This document shows, piece after piece, positions 36,419-44,847 of a stretch of DNA of 64,000 nucleotides. A model generated the notes under the pieces. The model searched no databases. It was not told the DNA's origin and saw only the letters and a list, made by a program, of their open reading frames with translations. The number at the start of each line of letters is the position of its first letter. The stretch's first letter is position 1. This DNA comes from an uncultured Gemmatimonadales bacterium (GTDB taxonomy: Bacteria > Gemmatimonadota > Gemmatimonadetes > Gemmatimonadales > JACORV01), in assembly GCA_963806755.1 (NCBI GenBank), contig CAWDZR010000034.1:31223-95222 (forward strand), given 5' to 3'. The translations under genes and the position numbers were made by a program.

Positions 36419-39178
36419 TCAGTCGGGCACGAGGAAGTGATACGTGCCGGCCTCGATCGCGTACACCGCGCGCCCGTCCCGCGCCTCCACGAGCGTCGCG
36501 CCGTCCGCGGTCACGGCCGCGGGCCGGTCCGTCGGCAGGACGACCCGGCCCGTGGTGTTCGCCGGGATGGTCACGGTGACCGCCACCGAACCGTCGGCGC
36601 GGCGGCGCCACGCGCTGGTGATGGGCCCGCGAATCGAGCGATAGACCGCGCGGACCGAGTCGAGCGGCGCGGTCCATCGGGGCCGGATCTCGATCCGGTC
36701 GAACGCGACGGCACCCGAGTCCTCCGCGATGCCCGCCAGGTACCCGTACAGCCACTCCCCCACGGTGCCGAACGCGTAGTGGCTGTAGGAGTTCATGCCC
36801 GGATCGCCGTGGTCGCCGTTCCAACGCTCCCACGTCGTGGTCGCGCCGTGCCGCACCTCGTAGAGCCAGGACGGAAACGATTCCTGGAGCAGGAGGCGGA
36901 ACGCCACGGAGTCCTCGCCGGCCTCGGACAGCACCGGCAGGACGTAGGCGCTGCCGAGGAACCCGGTCGTCAGGTGCCAGCCGTGGGCCGCGATGTCGTC
37001 CACGAGGCGGCGGGCCGCCGCCGGGCGCAGCGAGTCCGGCACGAGACCGAACCGCAGCGCGAGCACGTAGCCCGTCTGCGTGAAGGTGGTGCGGATGCTG
37101 TCGGGGTTCAGGTACGGCGCGCCCACCCGGCCGTCGGGGAGGACATAGGCGCTGTCGAACGCGGCGCGGACCCGTGCCGACAGCCGCGCGTATGCCGCGG
37201 CCGCCGAGTCCCGGCCGAGCGCCCGGGCCATCTGCGCCATCAGGGACGCGTCGTACGCCCACAGCGCGGTGCTGATCAGGTCGGCGTTGGTCTGGCCCCA
37301 CGACGTCGTGCTCCCGGCGGGGAGCCAGTCGCCGAATTGCACCTGCTTGCCGTGCAGCCACCGGTAGCCGGGATTCGAGTCGGCGATGAAGGCCAGGTAG
37401 CGCACCATCGCGCTCCAGTTCTCGTCCAGGATCCGGGTGTCGCCGTACTGCCGCCACGCCGTCCAGGGGATGATCACGCCGGCGTCGGCCCAGCCCGGCG
37501 CGCCGCAGGTCAGCACGCCGAGGAAGTTCGGCGCGAAGTTCGGGAAGCAGCCGTCGGCGTCCTGGCCGTCGCGGATGTCGGCGAGCCACTTCTCGCCGAA
37601 CGCCGCCATGTCCATGTTGTAGCTCGCGGTGCGCCAGAACACCTGCGCGTCTCCCATCCATCCCATCCGCTCGTCGCGCTGCGGGCAGTCGGTCGGCACG
37701 CCGTACAGGTTGGCGCGCTGCGTCCAGAGGATGTTCTCCCACAGGCGGTTCACGCCGGCATCCGAGGTCGCGAACGTGCCCGTCTCCGGCAGCGCGCTGT
37801 GCACGACGATCCCGGTGACGGCGTCCAGGGCCGGCACGCCGGGATATCCCGTCACCTCGATGTAGCGGAAGCCGTGGTAGGTGAAGTGCGGCTCGAAGGT
37901 CTCCGGGCCGCCGCCGCTCAGCACGTACGTGTCGGTGGCCTTCGCGCTCCGCAGGTTGATCTGCGTGACGTTCTTTCCGTCCGGCGCGAGGATTTCGGCG
38001 AAGCGCATCCGCACGACCGTGCCGAGCTTGCCGCGCACCACCAGCCGGGCCCAGCCGGCGATGTTCTGCCCGAGGTCGAAGACCCAGACGCCCGGTGCCG
38101 GTGACCAGCGCCGCACGGGACGGATCTGCGCCGTCCGCTCGATGGACGGGATGTTCTGCGACTGGAGCGCCGCGGCGGGCGGCGGCTCCACCACCACGCC
38201 GTGCCAGGCGCGGGCGTCGAAGCCGGGCCGGTCCCATCCCGGCTGCTCGAGCCGCGCGTCGTAGGTCTCGCCGTCGTAGATCTCGGAGACCAGCACCGGG
38301 CTCGACGCCGCGCGCCACGTGGTATCGGAGCCGATCACTTCCTCCCGCCCGTCCGCGTAGGTCACCACCAGCTCGAGCAGCAGCCGGACCGGCGGCGGCC
38401 CGAACGCGTAGCGCTTCGTGGAGAAGCCCATCGGGCTCGCGTACCAGCCCGCGCCGAGCAGCACGCCGACCGCGTTCGCGCCGGGGCGCAGCAGCCGGGT
38501 GACATCGTAAGCCTGGTAGGTCAGGCGATAGCGGTAGTCAGTCCAGTCGGGCGCCAGCGCTTCGGGGCCGGCCGCGCGGCCGTTGACGGTGACGCGGTAG
38601 CCGCCCAGGGCGGTCGCGTAGATCCGGGCGCGCACGGGCGTGGCGCGCAGCGCGAAGGCGCGGCGCAGCATCGGCGCCGTGCCCGCAGCGGTCTCGGGAG
38701 CGCCCGCGCCGATGCGGGCGGCCGTGTCGAGCGGCGCCGCGGAGGCGGCGATCCAATCCGCGCGCCAGGGCTCGCCCATCAGCCCCGTCTCCCACCAGGC
38801 GGCGGGGGCGCATGGCGCCGCGCGGCCGCCCCGGTCCCGGAGGCATACGGTCCACCAGTAGCGGCTCCGCGGTCGGAGCGGCGCGCCGGCGTACGTCACG
38901 TCCACGGTCGCGTCGGCCGCCACGACCCCGCTGTCCCACACGTCGGCACGACCGGGCGCCAGCCGCGACGGCGCCGTCGCGACCAGGATGCGGTAGGCGC
39001 TCTCCCGGGCGCCGCGCCGCGCGTCGGCCATCTGCCAGGAGAACCGCGGGCGCGCGGCGTCGATGCCGATGGGCGTCACGAGATGCTCCACCTCGAGGGC
39101 CACGGCGCGGGCCGGGGAGGCCGGGCGGCCGCCGCCGGGGCCGGCGATCACGGAGAGCAGGGCGAGCAGCGCGAGCAT
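36419..39178 (-). CDS. alpha-L-rhamnosidase (GH78), secreted
   Basis: ATG at 39178 (MLALLALLSV). N-terminal GIDAARPRFSWQ...YRILVA motif and an (alpha/alpha)6 catalytic region (WMGDAQVF, GATTTWERW). Confidence 0.9.
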   Translation of the reverse strand: MLALLALLSVIAGPGGGRPASPARAVALEVEHLVTPIGIDAARPRFSWQMADARRGARESAYRILVATAPSRLAPGRADVWDSGVVAADATVDVTYAGAPLRPRSRYWWTVCLRDRGGRAAPCAPAAWWETGLMGEPWRADWIAASAAPLDTAARIGAGAPETAAGTAPMLRRAFALRATPVRARIYATALGGYRVTVNGRAAGPEALAPDWTDYRYRLTYQAYDVTRLLRPGANAVGVLLGAGWYASPMGFSTKRYAFGPPPVRLLLELVVTYADGREEVIGSDTTWRAASSPVLVSEIYDGETYDARLEQPGWDRPGFDARAWHGVVVEPPPAAALQSQNIPSIERTAQIRPVRRWSPAPGVWVFDLGQNIAGWARLVVRGKLGTVVRMRFAEILAPDGKNVTQINLRSAKATDTYVLSGGGPETFEPHFTYHGFRYIEVTGYPGVPALDAVTGIVVHSALPETGTFATSDAGVNRLWENILWTQRANLYGVPTDCPQRDERMGWMGDAQVFWRTASYNMDMAAFGEKWLADIRDGQDADGCFPNFAPNFLGVLTCGAPGWADAGVIIPWTAWRQYGDTRILDENWSAMVRYLAFIADSNPGYRWLHGKQVQFGDWLPAGSTTSWGQTNADLISTALWAYDASLMAQMARALGRDSAAAAYARLSARVRAAFDSAYVLPDGRVGAPYLNPDSIRTTFTQTGYVLALRFGLVPDSLRPAAARRLVDDIAAHGWHLTTGFLGSAYVLPVLSEAGEDSVAFRLLLQESFPSWLYEVRHGATTTWERWNGDHGDPGMNSYSHYAFGTVGEWLYGYLAGIAEDSGAVAFDRIEIRPRWTAPLDSVRAVYRSIRGPITSAWRRRADGSVAVTVTIPANTTGRVVLPTDRPAAVTADGATLVEARDGRAVYAIEAGTYHFLVPD

Positions 39179-39328
39179 GCGACGGACCTCGAAGGAGTCG
39201 CCGCTCAAGCTACCCCCGCGCGCCGGCCACGTCACGGATCGGCACGCGATTTTCGCGCGGGCTCCGCCCGCCGGCCGGGGCGGCTGCGCTGTCCACCCGC
39301 GGTTGCCGCCGTCGGCCGCGGCACGTAT

Positions 39329-39342
39329 TGTGCATATGCACA
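39329..39342. promoter_or_regulatory. Perfect 14-bp palindrome TGTGCATATGCACA, 18 nt upstream of the DUF134 gene
   Basis: The palindrome is self-complementary as read. It sits in the only AT-rich patch of the 39179-39359 divergent spacer. Confidence 0.5.
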
Positions 39343-39359
39343 TAACTGACGGAGCGTCC

Positions 39360-39665
39360 ATGCCGCGACCGAGGAAGCGACGCCGGTGCCGCCGGTTCGA
39401 GGGAGACCGGGTCTTCAAGCCCCGCAGCATCCCCATGCCGGAATTGTCGGTGGTGCGGCTGGCGCTGGACGAGCTGGAGGCGATGCGGCTGTGCGACGTG
39501 GACGGTCACGACCAGGAGGCGGCCGGAGCGCGGATGGGCGTATCCCGCGGCACGGTGCAGCGGCTGGTGGCGTCGGGACGCGCCAAGGTGATCACGGCGC
39601 TCGTCGAGTCCGCCGCACTCATCATCGAAGGAGGAGAGCGTGAAGCTGTGTATCCCCACGGTTGA
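39360..39665 (+). CDS. DUF134-family putative DNA-binding protein
   Basis: MPRPRKRRRC..F.P...P...V.L..DELEA.RL.D..G..QEEAA..MGVSR.T..R pattern (sigma-70 region-4-like HTH). Confidence 0.8.
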   Translation: MPRPRKRRRCRRFEGDRVFKPRSIPMPELSVVRLALDELEAMRLCDVDGHDQEAAGARMGVSRGTVQRLVASGRAKVITALVESAALIIEGGEREAVYPHG

Positions 39666-40056
39666 AAGCGCAGGTCTCCACGGGCGGATGTCGGGCCATT
39701 TCGGCAGCGCCCCGTTCTTCACGATCGTGGACACCGAGTCGGGAGCGTGCGAGGTGATGGCGAACGGCGGCGCCGTGCACCAGCACGGCGCGTGCGAGGC
39801 GGCCGGCGGCATGGAGGGTCACGCCGTGGACGCCGTCGTGTGCCGGGGACTGGGCCGGCGCGCGCTGGCCGGGCTGGCCGCGGCCGGGATCGCCGTGTAC
39901 GTGGCGGACGCGGAGGACGCGGCTGCCGCGCTCGCGCAGTATCGCGCGGGGAGCCTGTCGCCCATGGCCGAGGCGGCGGCGTGCCACGGCGGTGCGGGGC
40001 ACGCGCACGGGCCCCACGGTGCGGACGGGTGCGGACACGGGCCGGGCGGCCACTGA
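39640..40056 (+). CDS. NifX/NifB-C-terminal-like (dinitrogenase FeMo-cofactor-binding fold) protein with a Cys/His/Gly-rich tail
   Basis: GTG at 39640 follows GAAGGAGGAG and overlaps DUF134 by 26 nt. Core motif HFGSAPFFTIVD. The tail is CHGGAGHAHGPHGADGCGHGPGGH. Confidence 0.8.
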   Translation: MKLCIPTVESAGLHGRMSGHFGSAPFFTIVDTESGACEVMANGGAVHQHGACEAAGGMEGHAVDAVVCRGLGRRALAGLAAAGIAVYVADAEDAAAALAQYRAGSLSPMAEAAACHGGAGHAHGPHGADGCGHGPGGH

Positions 40057-40175
40057 CGACAGCCGGTCCGCTTTTTGCTTCTCGGGGTGGCGGCCGGCGC
40101 CGCACGCCCAGGGCGCCGGGCGCGGCCGCCCGCACGAGGGCGCCGCGAACGGAGCCACCACCGGGAGAGAGTCAC

Positions 40176-40649
40176 ATGGCCGAAAGCGCCAGCCGGATCG
40201 CGATCATCGCGGGTCACGGCACCCTCGACGCGGCGTACCCGCCGCTCATCCTCGCCACCGCGGCCGCCGCCATGGACATGGAAGCGGCCATCTTCTTCAC
40301 CTTCTACGGTCTCGAGATCCTCAAGAAGGGCAACGCCGACCGCCTCATGGTCGCGCCGATCGCCAACCCGGCCATGCCGGTGCCCGTGCCCAACATCCTC
40401 GGGATGCTGCCCGGCATGACCGCGGCCGCGACCATGATGATGAACGGCTGGATGAAGAAGGCCCACGTCCTCAAGCCGAGCCAGCTGCTGGCGCAGGCGC
40501 AGGAGCTGAACGTCAAGCTCATCGCCTGCGAGATGACCATGAACGTGCTGGGCATCAAGCGCGATCAGCTGATCGACGGCATCACCGTGGCCGGCGCCGC
40601 GTCGTTCCTGTCGTTCGCCAGCGAGAACGCGATCACGCTCGCCTTCTAG
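40176..40649 (+). CDS. DsrE/DsrF/DsrH-like (DsrE3-type) sulfur-carrier family protein
   Basis: IAIIAGHGTLD...AAIFFTFYGL...KLIACEMTMNVLGIKRDQL pattern with the conserved Cys. Confidence 0.8.
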   Translation: MAESASRIAIIAGHGTLDAAYPPLILATAAAAMDMEAAIFFTFYGLEILKKGNADRLMVAPIANPAMPVPVPNILGMLPGMTAAATMMMNGWMKKAHVLKPSQLLAQAQELNVKLIACEMTMNVLGIKRDQLIDGITVAGAASFLSFASENAITLAF

Positions 40650-40842
40650 TCGCGGCCGCCGGCGCGGCGGCGCGACCGCCGCTCCGCGCGCCGCCCCGCG
40701 CCAAAGCGTCCCGTCCCGCCGCCGCCGCCGCGCCGCCGCCGCCGCACGCTGCGGCGGCGCTTCGGCTTTCCAACCGCTTCCCCGCCAATACGTCATGCCC
40801 GCCGGTCGAACGCCCGTTCGGAGATTGTCCGCAGGCGGCATA

Positions 40843-40866
40843 GCATTTGCGAACATTCGCAAATGC
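40843..40866. promoter_or_regulatory. Perfect 11-2-11 inverted repeat (ArsR/SmtB-type operator) overlapping the ArsR start codon
   Basis: GCATTTGCGAA-ca-TTCGCAAATGC; the ATG at 40863 lies inside the right arm. Confidence 0.65.
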
Positions 40867-41243
40867 GGAAGTTCAACACTCTCCGGGAGGCCGCGGTGCC
40901 CAAGGTCGACATCTTCGAGCTGCATGCCGAGGCCTGCAAGACCATCGCGCACCCCACGCGCCTGAAGATCCTCGCCCTCCTCGGCCGCCGCGAGATGAAC
41001 GTCGGCGAGCTGGCCGAGATCATCGGCGTGCCGATGCCGAACATCAGCCAGCACCTCACGGTGCTGAAGTCCGGCGGGCTGGTCCGCGCGCGCAGGGAGG
41101 GAGCCTCCATGCACTACCGGCTCGCCGACCGCCGCATGATCCAGGCGTGCACGCTGATCCGGTCGGTGCTGCTCGACCGCATGAAGGAGCGCGGACTGGC
41201 CGCGCAGAAGGTGGATCCCCGGTACGTCGTGTTCGCCGCGTAG
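40863..41243 (+). CDS. ArsR/SmtB-family transcriptional repressor with two cysteines (C25, C96)
   Basis: HPTRLKILALL...NVGELAEIIGVPMPNISQHLTVLKSGGLV winged-HTH signature. Confidence 0.9.
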   Translation: MRKFNTLREAAVPKVDIFELHAEACKTIAHPTRLKILALLGRREMNVGELAEIIGVPMPNISQHLTVLKSGGLVRARREGASMHYRLADRRMIQACTLIRSVLLDRMKERGLAAQKVDPRYVVFAA

Positions 41244-41284
41244 CCGCGGCGCACTCACCCGCAGCACCAGGAGGCAACGGCCCC

Positions 41285-41536
41285 ATGGCACTGGATCTGG
41301 CGACGGTCAAGGCGGTGAAGACGGTGGACGCGCGGGGCACGGCGTGCCCCGGCCCCCTGCTCGAGGCCAAGCGCGCCATCGCGGCGGTCCCGGTCGGCGG
41401 CATCATGGAGGTGCTCTCCTCCGACGCCGGCACCAACGAGGACATCCCGCTGTGGGCGAAGAAGGTCGGCCACGAGTACCTCGGCAGCACCGAGGAGGCC
41501 GGCTACTGGCGGCTGTTCGTGAAGCGGGGCAAGTAG
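41285..41536 (+). CDS. tusA: TusA/SirA-family sulfurtransferase
   Basis: DARGTACPGPLL (CPxP active-site motif), 83 aa, AGGAGG upstream. Confidence 0.85.
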   Translation: MALDLATVKAVKTVDARGTACPGPLLEAKRAIAAVPVGGIMEVLSSDAGTNEDIPLWAKKVGHEYLGSTEEAGYWRLFVKRGK

Positions 41537-41985
41537 TGACCGCAGCGCCGGTGGCCCCCGCCACCACCCGGGACCCCGCCGCCCGCGGCGCGCCGCGGCC
41601 GAAGATCCTGGTCTTCTCGACCACCAACATCTCGGACCCGGGCATCGACCTGGCGGGCAGCCAGCATCTCGAGTACGCCCCCACGATCAAGGTCGTCAGC
41701 GTGCCGTGTTCCGGCGGGATCAACCCCAGCTGGATCGCCCACGCCATCGCGTCCGGGTTCGACGGCGTGTTCGTCGCCGCCGACGGCGGCGACTGCGCCT
41801 ACCTCCCCGATTGCACCGCGCGCACCGCCAGGACCGTGGAGCGCGCGCAGGCGCTGCTCAAGGAGCGCGGCCAGGACCCGCGGCGGGTGAAGATGGCCGC
41901 GATCTGCTCGGTGTGTTCAGAGCCGTTCGTCTCGCACATGAAGCAGTTCGGAGAGGCGCTGGGGAAGCTGCAGGGTGAGAGGTGA
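41536..41985 (+). CDS. MvhD/FlpD-like (methyl-viologen-reducing hydrogenase delta subunit family) protein
   Basis: GTG start overlaps the tusA stop (TAGTG). Pattern is KILVFSTTNISDPGIDLAG...VSVPCSGGI...GFDGVFVAADGGDCAY. Confidence 0.8.
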   Translation: MTAAPVAPATTRDPAARGAPRPKILVFSTTNISDPGIDLAGSQHLEYAPTIKVVSVPCSGGINPSWIAHAIASGFDGVFVAADGGDCAYLPDCTARTARTVERAQALLKERGQDPRRVKMAAICSVCSEPFVSHMKQFGEALGKLQGER

Positions 41986-42069
41986 GGAGTGAGAGGTGAG
42001 ACGGGTAGGTGAGAAGTGAGAGGGGGAGCGGCGTGAGAGGGGGAACGGCGTGAGAGGGAGAGCGGCGTG
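41974..42069 (+). repeat. Purine-rich tandem repeats: ~7 heptamers (GGTGAGA-type), then 3 x 17-bp units ending in the hdrA GTG start
   Basis: The 17-bp units are GTGAGAGGGGGAGCGGC (42016-42032), GTGAGAGGGGGAACGGC (42033-42049) and GTGAGAGGGAGAGCGGC (42050-42066). GTGAcc follows at 42067, which is the CDS start. Confidence 0.85.
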
Positions 42070-44847
42070 ACCGACGCGAAATCCGACTGCGACGTCCTGA
42101 TCGTGGGCGGCGGCATCGCCGGCATGGAGAGCGGCCTGACCCTGGGCGACATGGGCTACAAGGTCGCCCTCGTCGAAAAGGAGCCCTCGGTCGGCGGGAA
42201 GATGATCCTGCTGAGCAAGGTCTTCCCGACCCTCGATTGCGCCTCCTGCATCTCCACGCCGAAGATGGCCGCCGTCTCGCACCACCCCAACGTCACGGTC
42301 CACATCTCGAGCGGGGTGGAGCGGATCACCCCGCGCGGCGACGGCACGTTCACCGCCGAGCTGGTACACAAGCCGACCTTCGTGGATCCGGCGGCGTGCA
42401 CGGGCTGCCAGGACTGCGAGCGCGCGTGCACCGTCGCCATCCCCGACCGGTTCAACGCCGACCTCGTGGCGACCCGCGCCGCCCACATCGCCTTCCCCCA
42501 GGCTGTGCCGAAGAAGGCCGTCATCGAGCGGGCGGGCACCTCGCCCTGCTCGTTCGCGTGCCCCGCGGGCGTCAAGGCGCATGGCTACGTCTCGCTGGTG
42601 CGCGCCGGGAAGTACGAGGAGGCGTTCCGGCTGCACATGGAAGACGCGCCGATTCCCGGCAGCCTCAGCCGCGCCTGCTACGCCCCGTGCGAGGGGGAGT
42701 GCACGCGCGGCGAGGTCGAGGGCACCGTCTCGATCCGCGGCATCAAGCGCTTCATGGTGGATTGGTATTACGACCGCCACCCCGAGCCGGAATACGGCCC
42801 GGCGGCGGACCGGCGCGGCAAGCGCGTCGCCGTCGTCGGCTCCGGGCCGGCCGGACTCTCGGCGGCCTACTTCCTCGCCCGCGGCGGCTACGACGTCACG
42901 GTCTTCGAGTCCGCCGCCGAGGCCGGCGGCATGCTGCGCCACGGCATCCCGCCCTTCCGGCTCCCCCGCGCGATCGTGGACCGCGACATCAAGAACGTCA
43001 CGGCACTCGGCGTGGAGATCCGCACCGGCGCGCCCGTCGCGTCCGTCGCCTCGCTCGCCGCCCAGGGCTTCGACGCGACCTTCCTCGCCCTCGGCACGAT
43101 GGAGGGCCAGACGATGGACGTGCCGGGCCGCGAGCTGGCGGGCGTCCTGGACTCCATGGAGCTCCTCGAGGCGGCGAACCTGGGCCGCGAACTGGACCTC
43201 GCCGGCAAGCGCGTCGCCGTCATCGGCGGCGGCAACGTCGCGATCGACTCGGCGCGGATGGCCCTGCGCCTCGGCGCCGCCGATGTCGCGATCTGGTACC
43301 GCCGCACCCGGAAGGAGATGCCGGCGCACGACTTCGAAGTGCAGGCGGCGCTGGACGAGGGGATCGCGCTGCACGAGCTGCGGACGCCAGCGCGGTTCGT
43401 CGGCGAGAGCGGGAAGCTGACGGGCGTCGAGTGGCAGGCGATGAAGCTCGGCGAGCCCGACGCCAGCGGCCGACGGCGTCCGGTGCCGGTGTCCGGCTCC
43501 GAGACGGTCCGTCCCGCGGACGTCGCGGTGCTCGCCATCGGGCTCTCGCCCAGCACCGGTCCGTTCGCGGCGGAGCTGGCGCTCCGGAACAACGGCACCA
43601 TCACGGCCGACCGCGAGACGCTGGCGACCTCCCGGCCCGGCGTGTTCGCCGGCGGCGACGCCGTGAGCGGGCCATCGATGATCATCGAGGCCGTGGCGCA
43701 GGGAAAGCGCGCCGCGTTCTACATCGACCGCTACCTGCAGGGCCGGCCGCTCGACGGCCTCACGTTCGACGCCCGGCTGCCGGTGGTGGCGCGGCAGGCG
43801 GTGCTCGGCCGCACCTCGACCGGGCCGGAGTCCCGGCCGCCCGCGGCCGCGCACGACACCGAGGCCGCCGCCCGCGCCCGCTCGCTCGCGGAGATCGAGC
43901 ACACGATGAGCGAGGACGAGGCCCGCTACTGCGCGAGCCGCTGCCTCGACTGCGGCGTGTGCTCCGAATGCCACGAGTGCGTGGCGGCCTGCCCGGCGGG
44001 CGCGATCCGGCTCGACCAGCGCGAGACGCGGGAAACGCTGCACGCCGCCTCGGTGCTCGTGGCCACCGGCTTCCAGCTGTTCGACGCGAAGCGGAAGCCC
44101 ACCTACGGCTTCGGGACGCTGCCCAACGTCATCACCGCGATGCAGATGGACCGGATCCTCGCGCCCACCCGGCCCTACAACGCCGTGGTCCGCCCCTCCG
44201 ACGGCAAGGCGCCGGCGAACGTGGCGTACGTGCTGTGCACCGGCTCGCGCGACTGCACGGTGGACAACCGGCTCTGCTCGCGGGTCTGCTGCATGTACTC
44301 GATCAAGCAGGCGCAGCTGTTGATGGGCGCGCTGCCGCTGGCCGACATCACGATCTACTACATCGACATCCGCGCCTTCGGGAAGGGCTACGAGGAGTTC
44401 TTCCAGCAGGCGAAGGGGATGGGCGTGCGGTTCGTGAAGGGCCGCGTCGCGAAGATCGAGGGCGCGGCGGACGGCGACCTCACCGTCCTCTACGACGACA
44501 TCGAGGGCACGGGCCGCACGGCGCGGGCCGGGCACGACCTGGTGGTCCTCTCCGTGGGGCTCTCGGCGAACCCGGAGGCGTTCGGGCTGTTCGCTCCGGG
44601 GCAGCTCCAGGCGGACGAGTTCCGCTACGTGAAGGAGCCGGACGAGGACCTCGAGCCGGGGAAGACGAGCCTGGAGGGCGTGTTCGTCGCCGGCACGGCC
44701 TCCGCCATCAAGGACATTCCGGACACGATCCTGCACTCGGGAGCCGCGGCGGCGCAGGTGGCCGCGTACCTGCGGCGGCGCTCCGCCGGGGTCGGCGCCG
44801 GCGCGCCGGCCGCCCTCGCGGCGGCGGGCGGCGGGGGGGCCCGATGA
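42067..44847 (+). CDS. HdrA-like flavoprotein with an embedded GltD/NfnB-type NAD(P)H:FAD module (926 aa)
   Basis: The HdrA N-terminal half has DVLIVGGGIAGM, CASCIS and CTGCQDCERAC. The insert spans aa ~158-560 (nt ~42538-43746) and carries CSFACPAG...ACYAPCEGEC, VAVVGSGPAG, VAVIGGGNVAID and GVFAGGD. The HdrA C-terminal half has CLDCGVCSECHECVAACP and CTGSRD...CSRVCC. Confidence 0.9.
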   Translation: MTDAKSDCDVLIVGGGIAGMESGLTLGDMGYKVALVEKEPSVGGKMILLSKVFPTLDCASCISTPKMAAVSHHPNVTVHISSGVERITPRGDGTFTAELVHKPTFVDPAACTGCQDCERACTVAIPDRFNADLVATRAAHIAFPQAVPKKAVIERAGTSPCSFACPAGVKAHGYVSLVRAGKYEEAFRLHMEDAPIPGSLSRACYAPCEGECTRGEVEGTVSIRGIKRFMVDWYYDRHPEPEYGPAADRRGKRVAVVGSGPAGLSAAYFLARGGYDVTVFESAAEAGGMLRHGIPPFRLPRAIVDRDIKNVTALGVEIRTGAPVASVASLAAQGFDATFLALGTMEGQTMDVPGRELAGVLDSMELLEAANLGRELDLAGKRVAVIGGGNVAIDSARMALRLGAADVAIWYRRTRKEMPAHDFEVQAALDEGIALHELRTPARFVGESGKLTGVEWQAMKLGEPDASGRRRPVPVSGSETVRPADVAVLAIGLSPSTGPFAAELALRNNGTITADRETLATSRPGVFAGGDAVSGPSMIIEAVAQGKRAAFYIDRYLQGRPLDGLTFDARLPVVARQAVLGRTSTGPESRPPAAAHDTEAAARARSLAEIEHTMSEDEARYCASRCLDCGVCSECHECVAACPAGAIRLDQRETRETLHAASVLVATGFQLFDAKRKPTYGFGTLPNVITAMQMDRILAPTRPYNAVVRPSDGKAPANVAYVLCTGSRDCTVDNRLCSRVCCMYSIKQAQLLMGALPLADITIYYIDIRAFGKGYEEFFQQAKGMGVRFVKGRVAKIEGAADGDLTVLYDDIEGTGRTARAGHDLVVLSVGLSANPEAFGLFAPGQLQADEFRYVKEPDEDLEPGKTSLEGVFVAGTASAIKDIPDTILHSGAAAAQVAAYLRRRSAGVGAGAPAALAAAGGGGAR

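Noticed and set aside
41974-42069. Heptamer and 17-mer repeat arrays (also at 6920, 7463, 46813, 56437 and 58141) as CRISPR arrays
   Set aside because: The units are 7-17 bp and directly abutting, with no unique spacers. No cas genes are in the window.
41917-44736. 939-aa minus-strand ORF antisense to hdrA-gltD, and the first 869 codons of ORF 42237..46580
   Set aside because: Neither has domain motifs, and both have extreme Arg/Gly/Asp content. The sense frame 42067..44847 contains every HdrA and GltD signature. Only the last 578 codons of 42237..46580 (from the ATG at 44844) are genuine.
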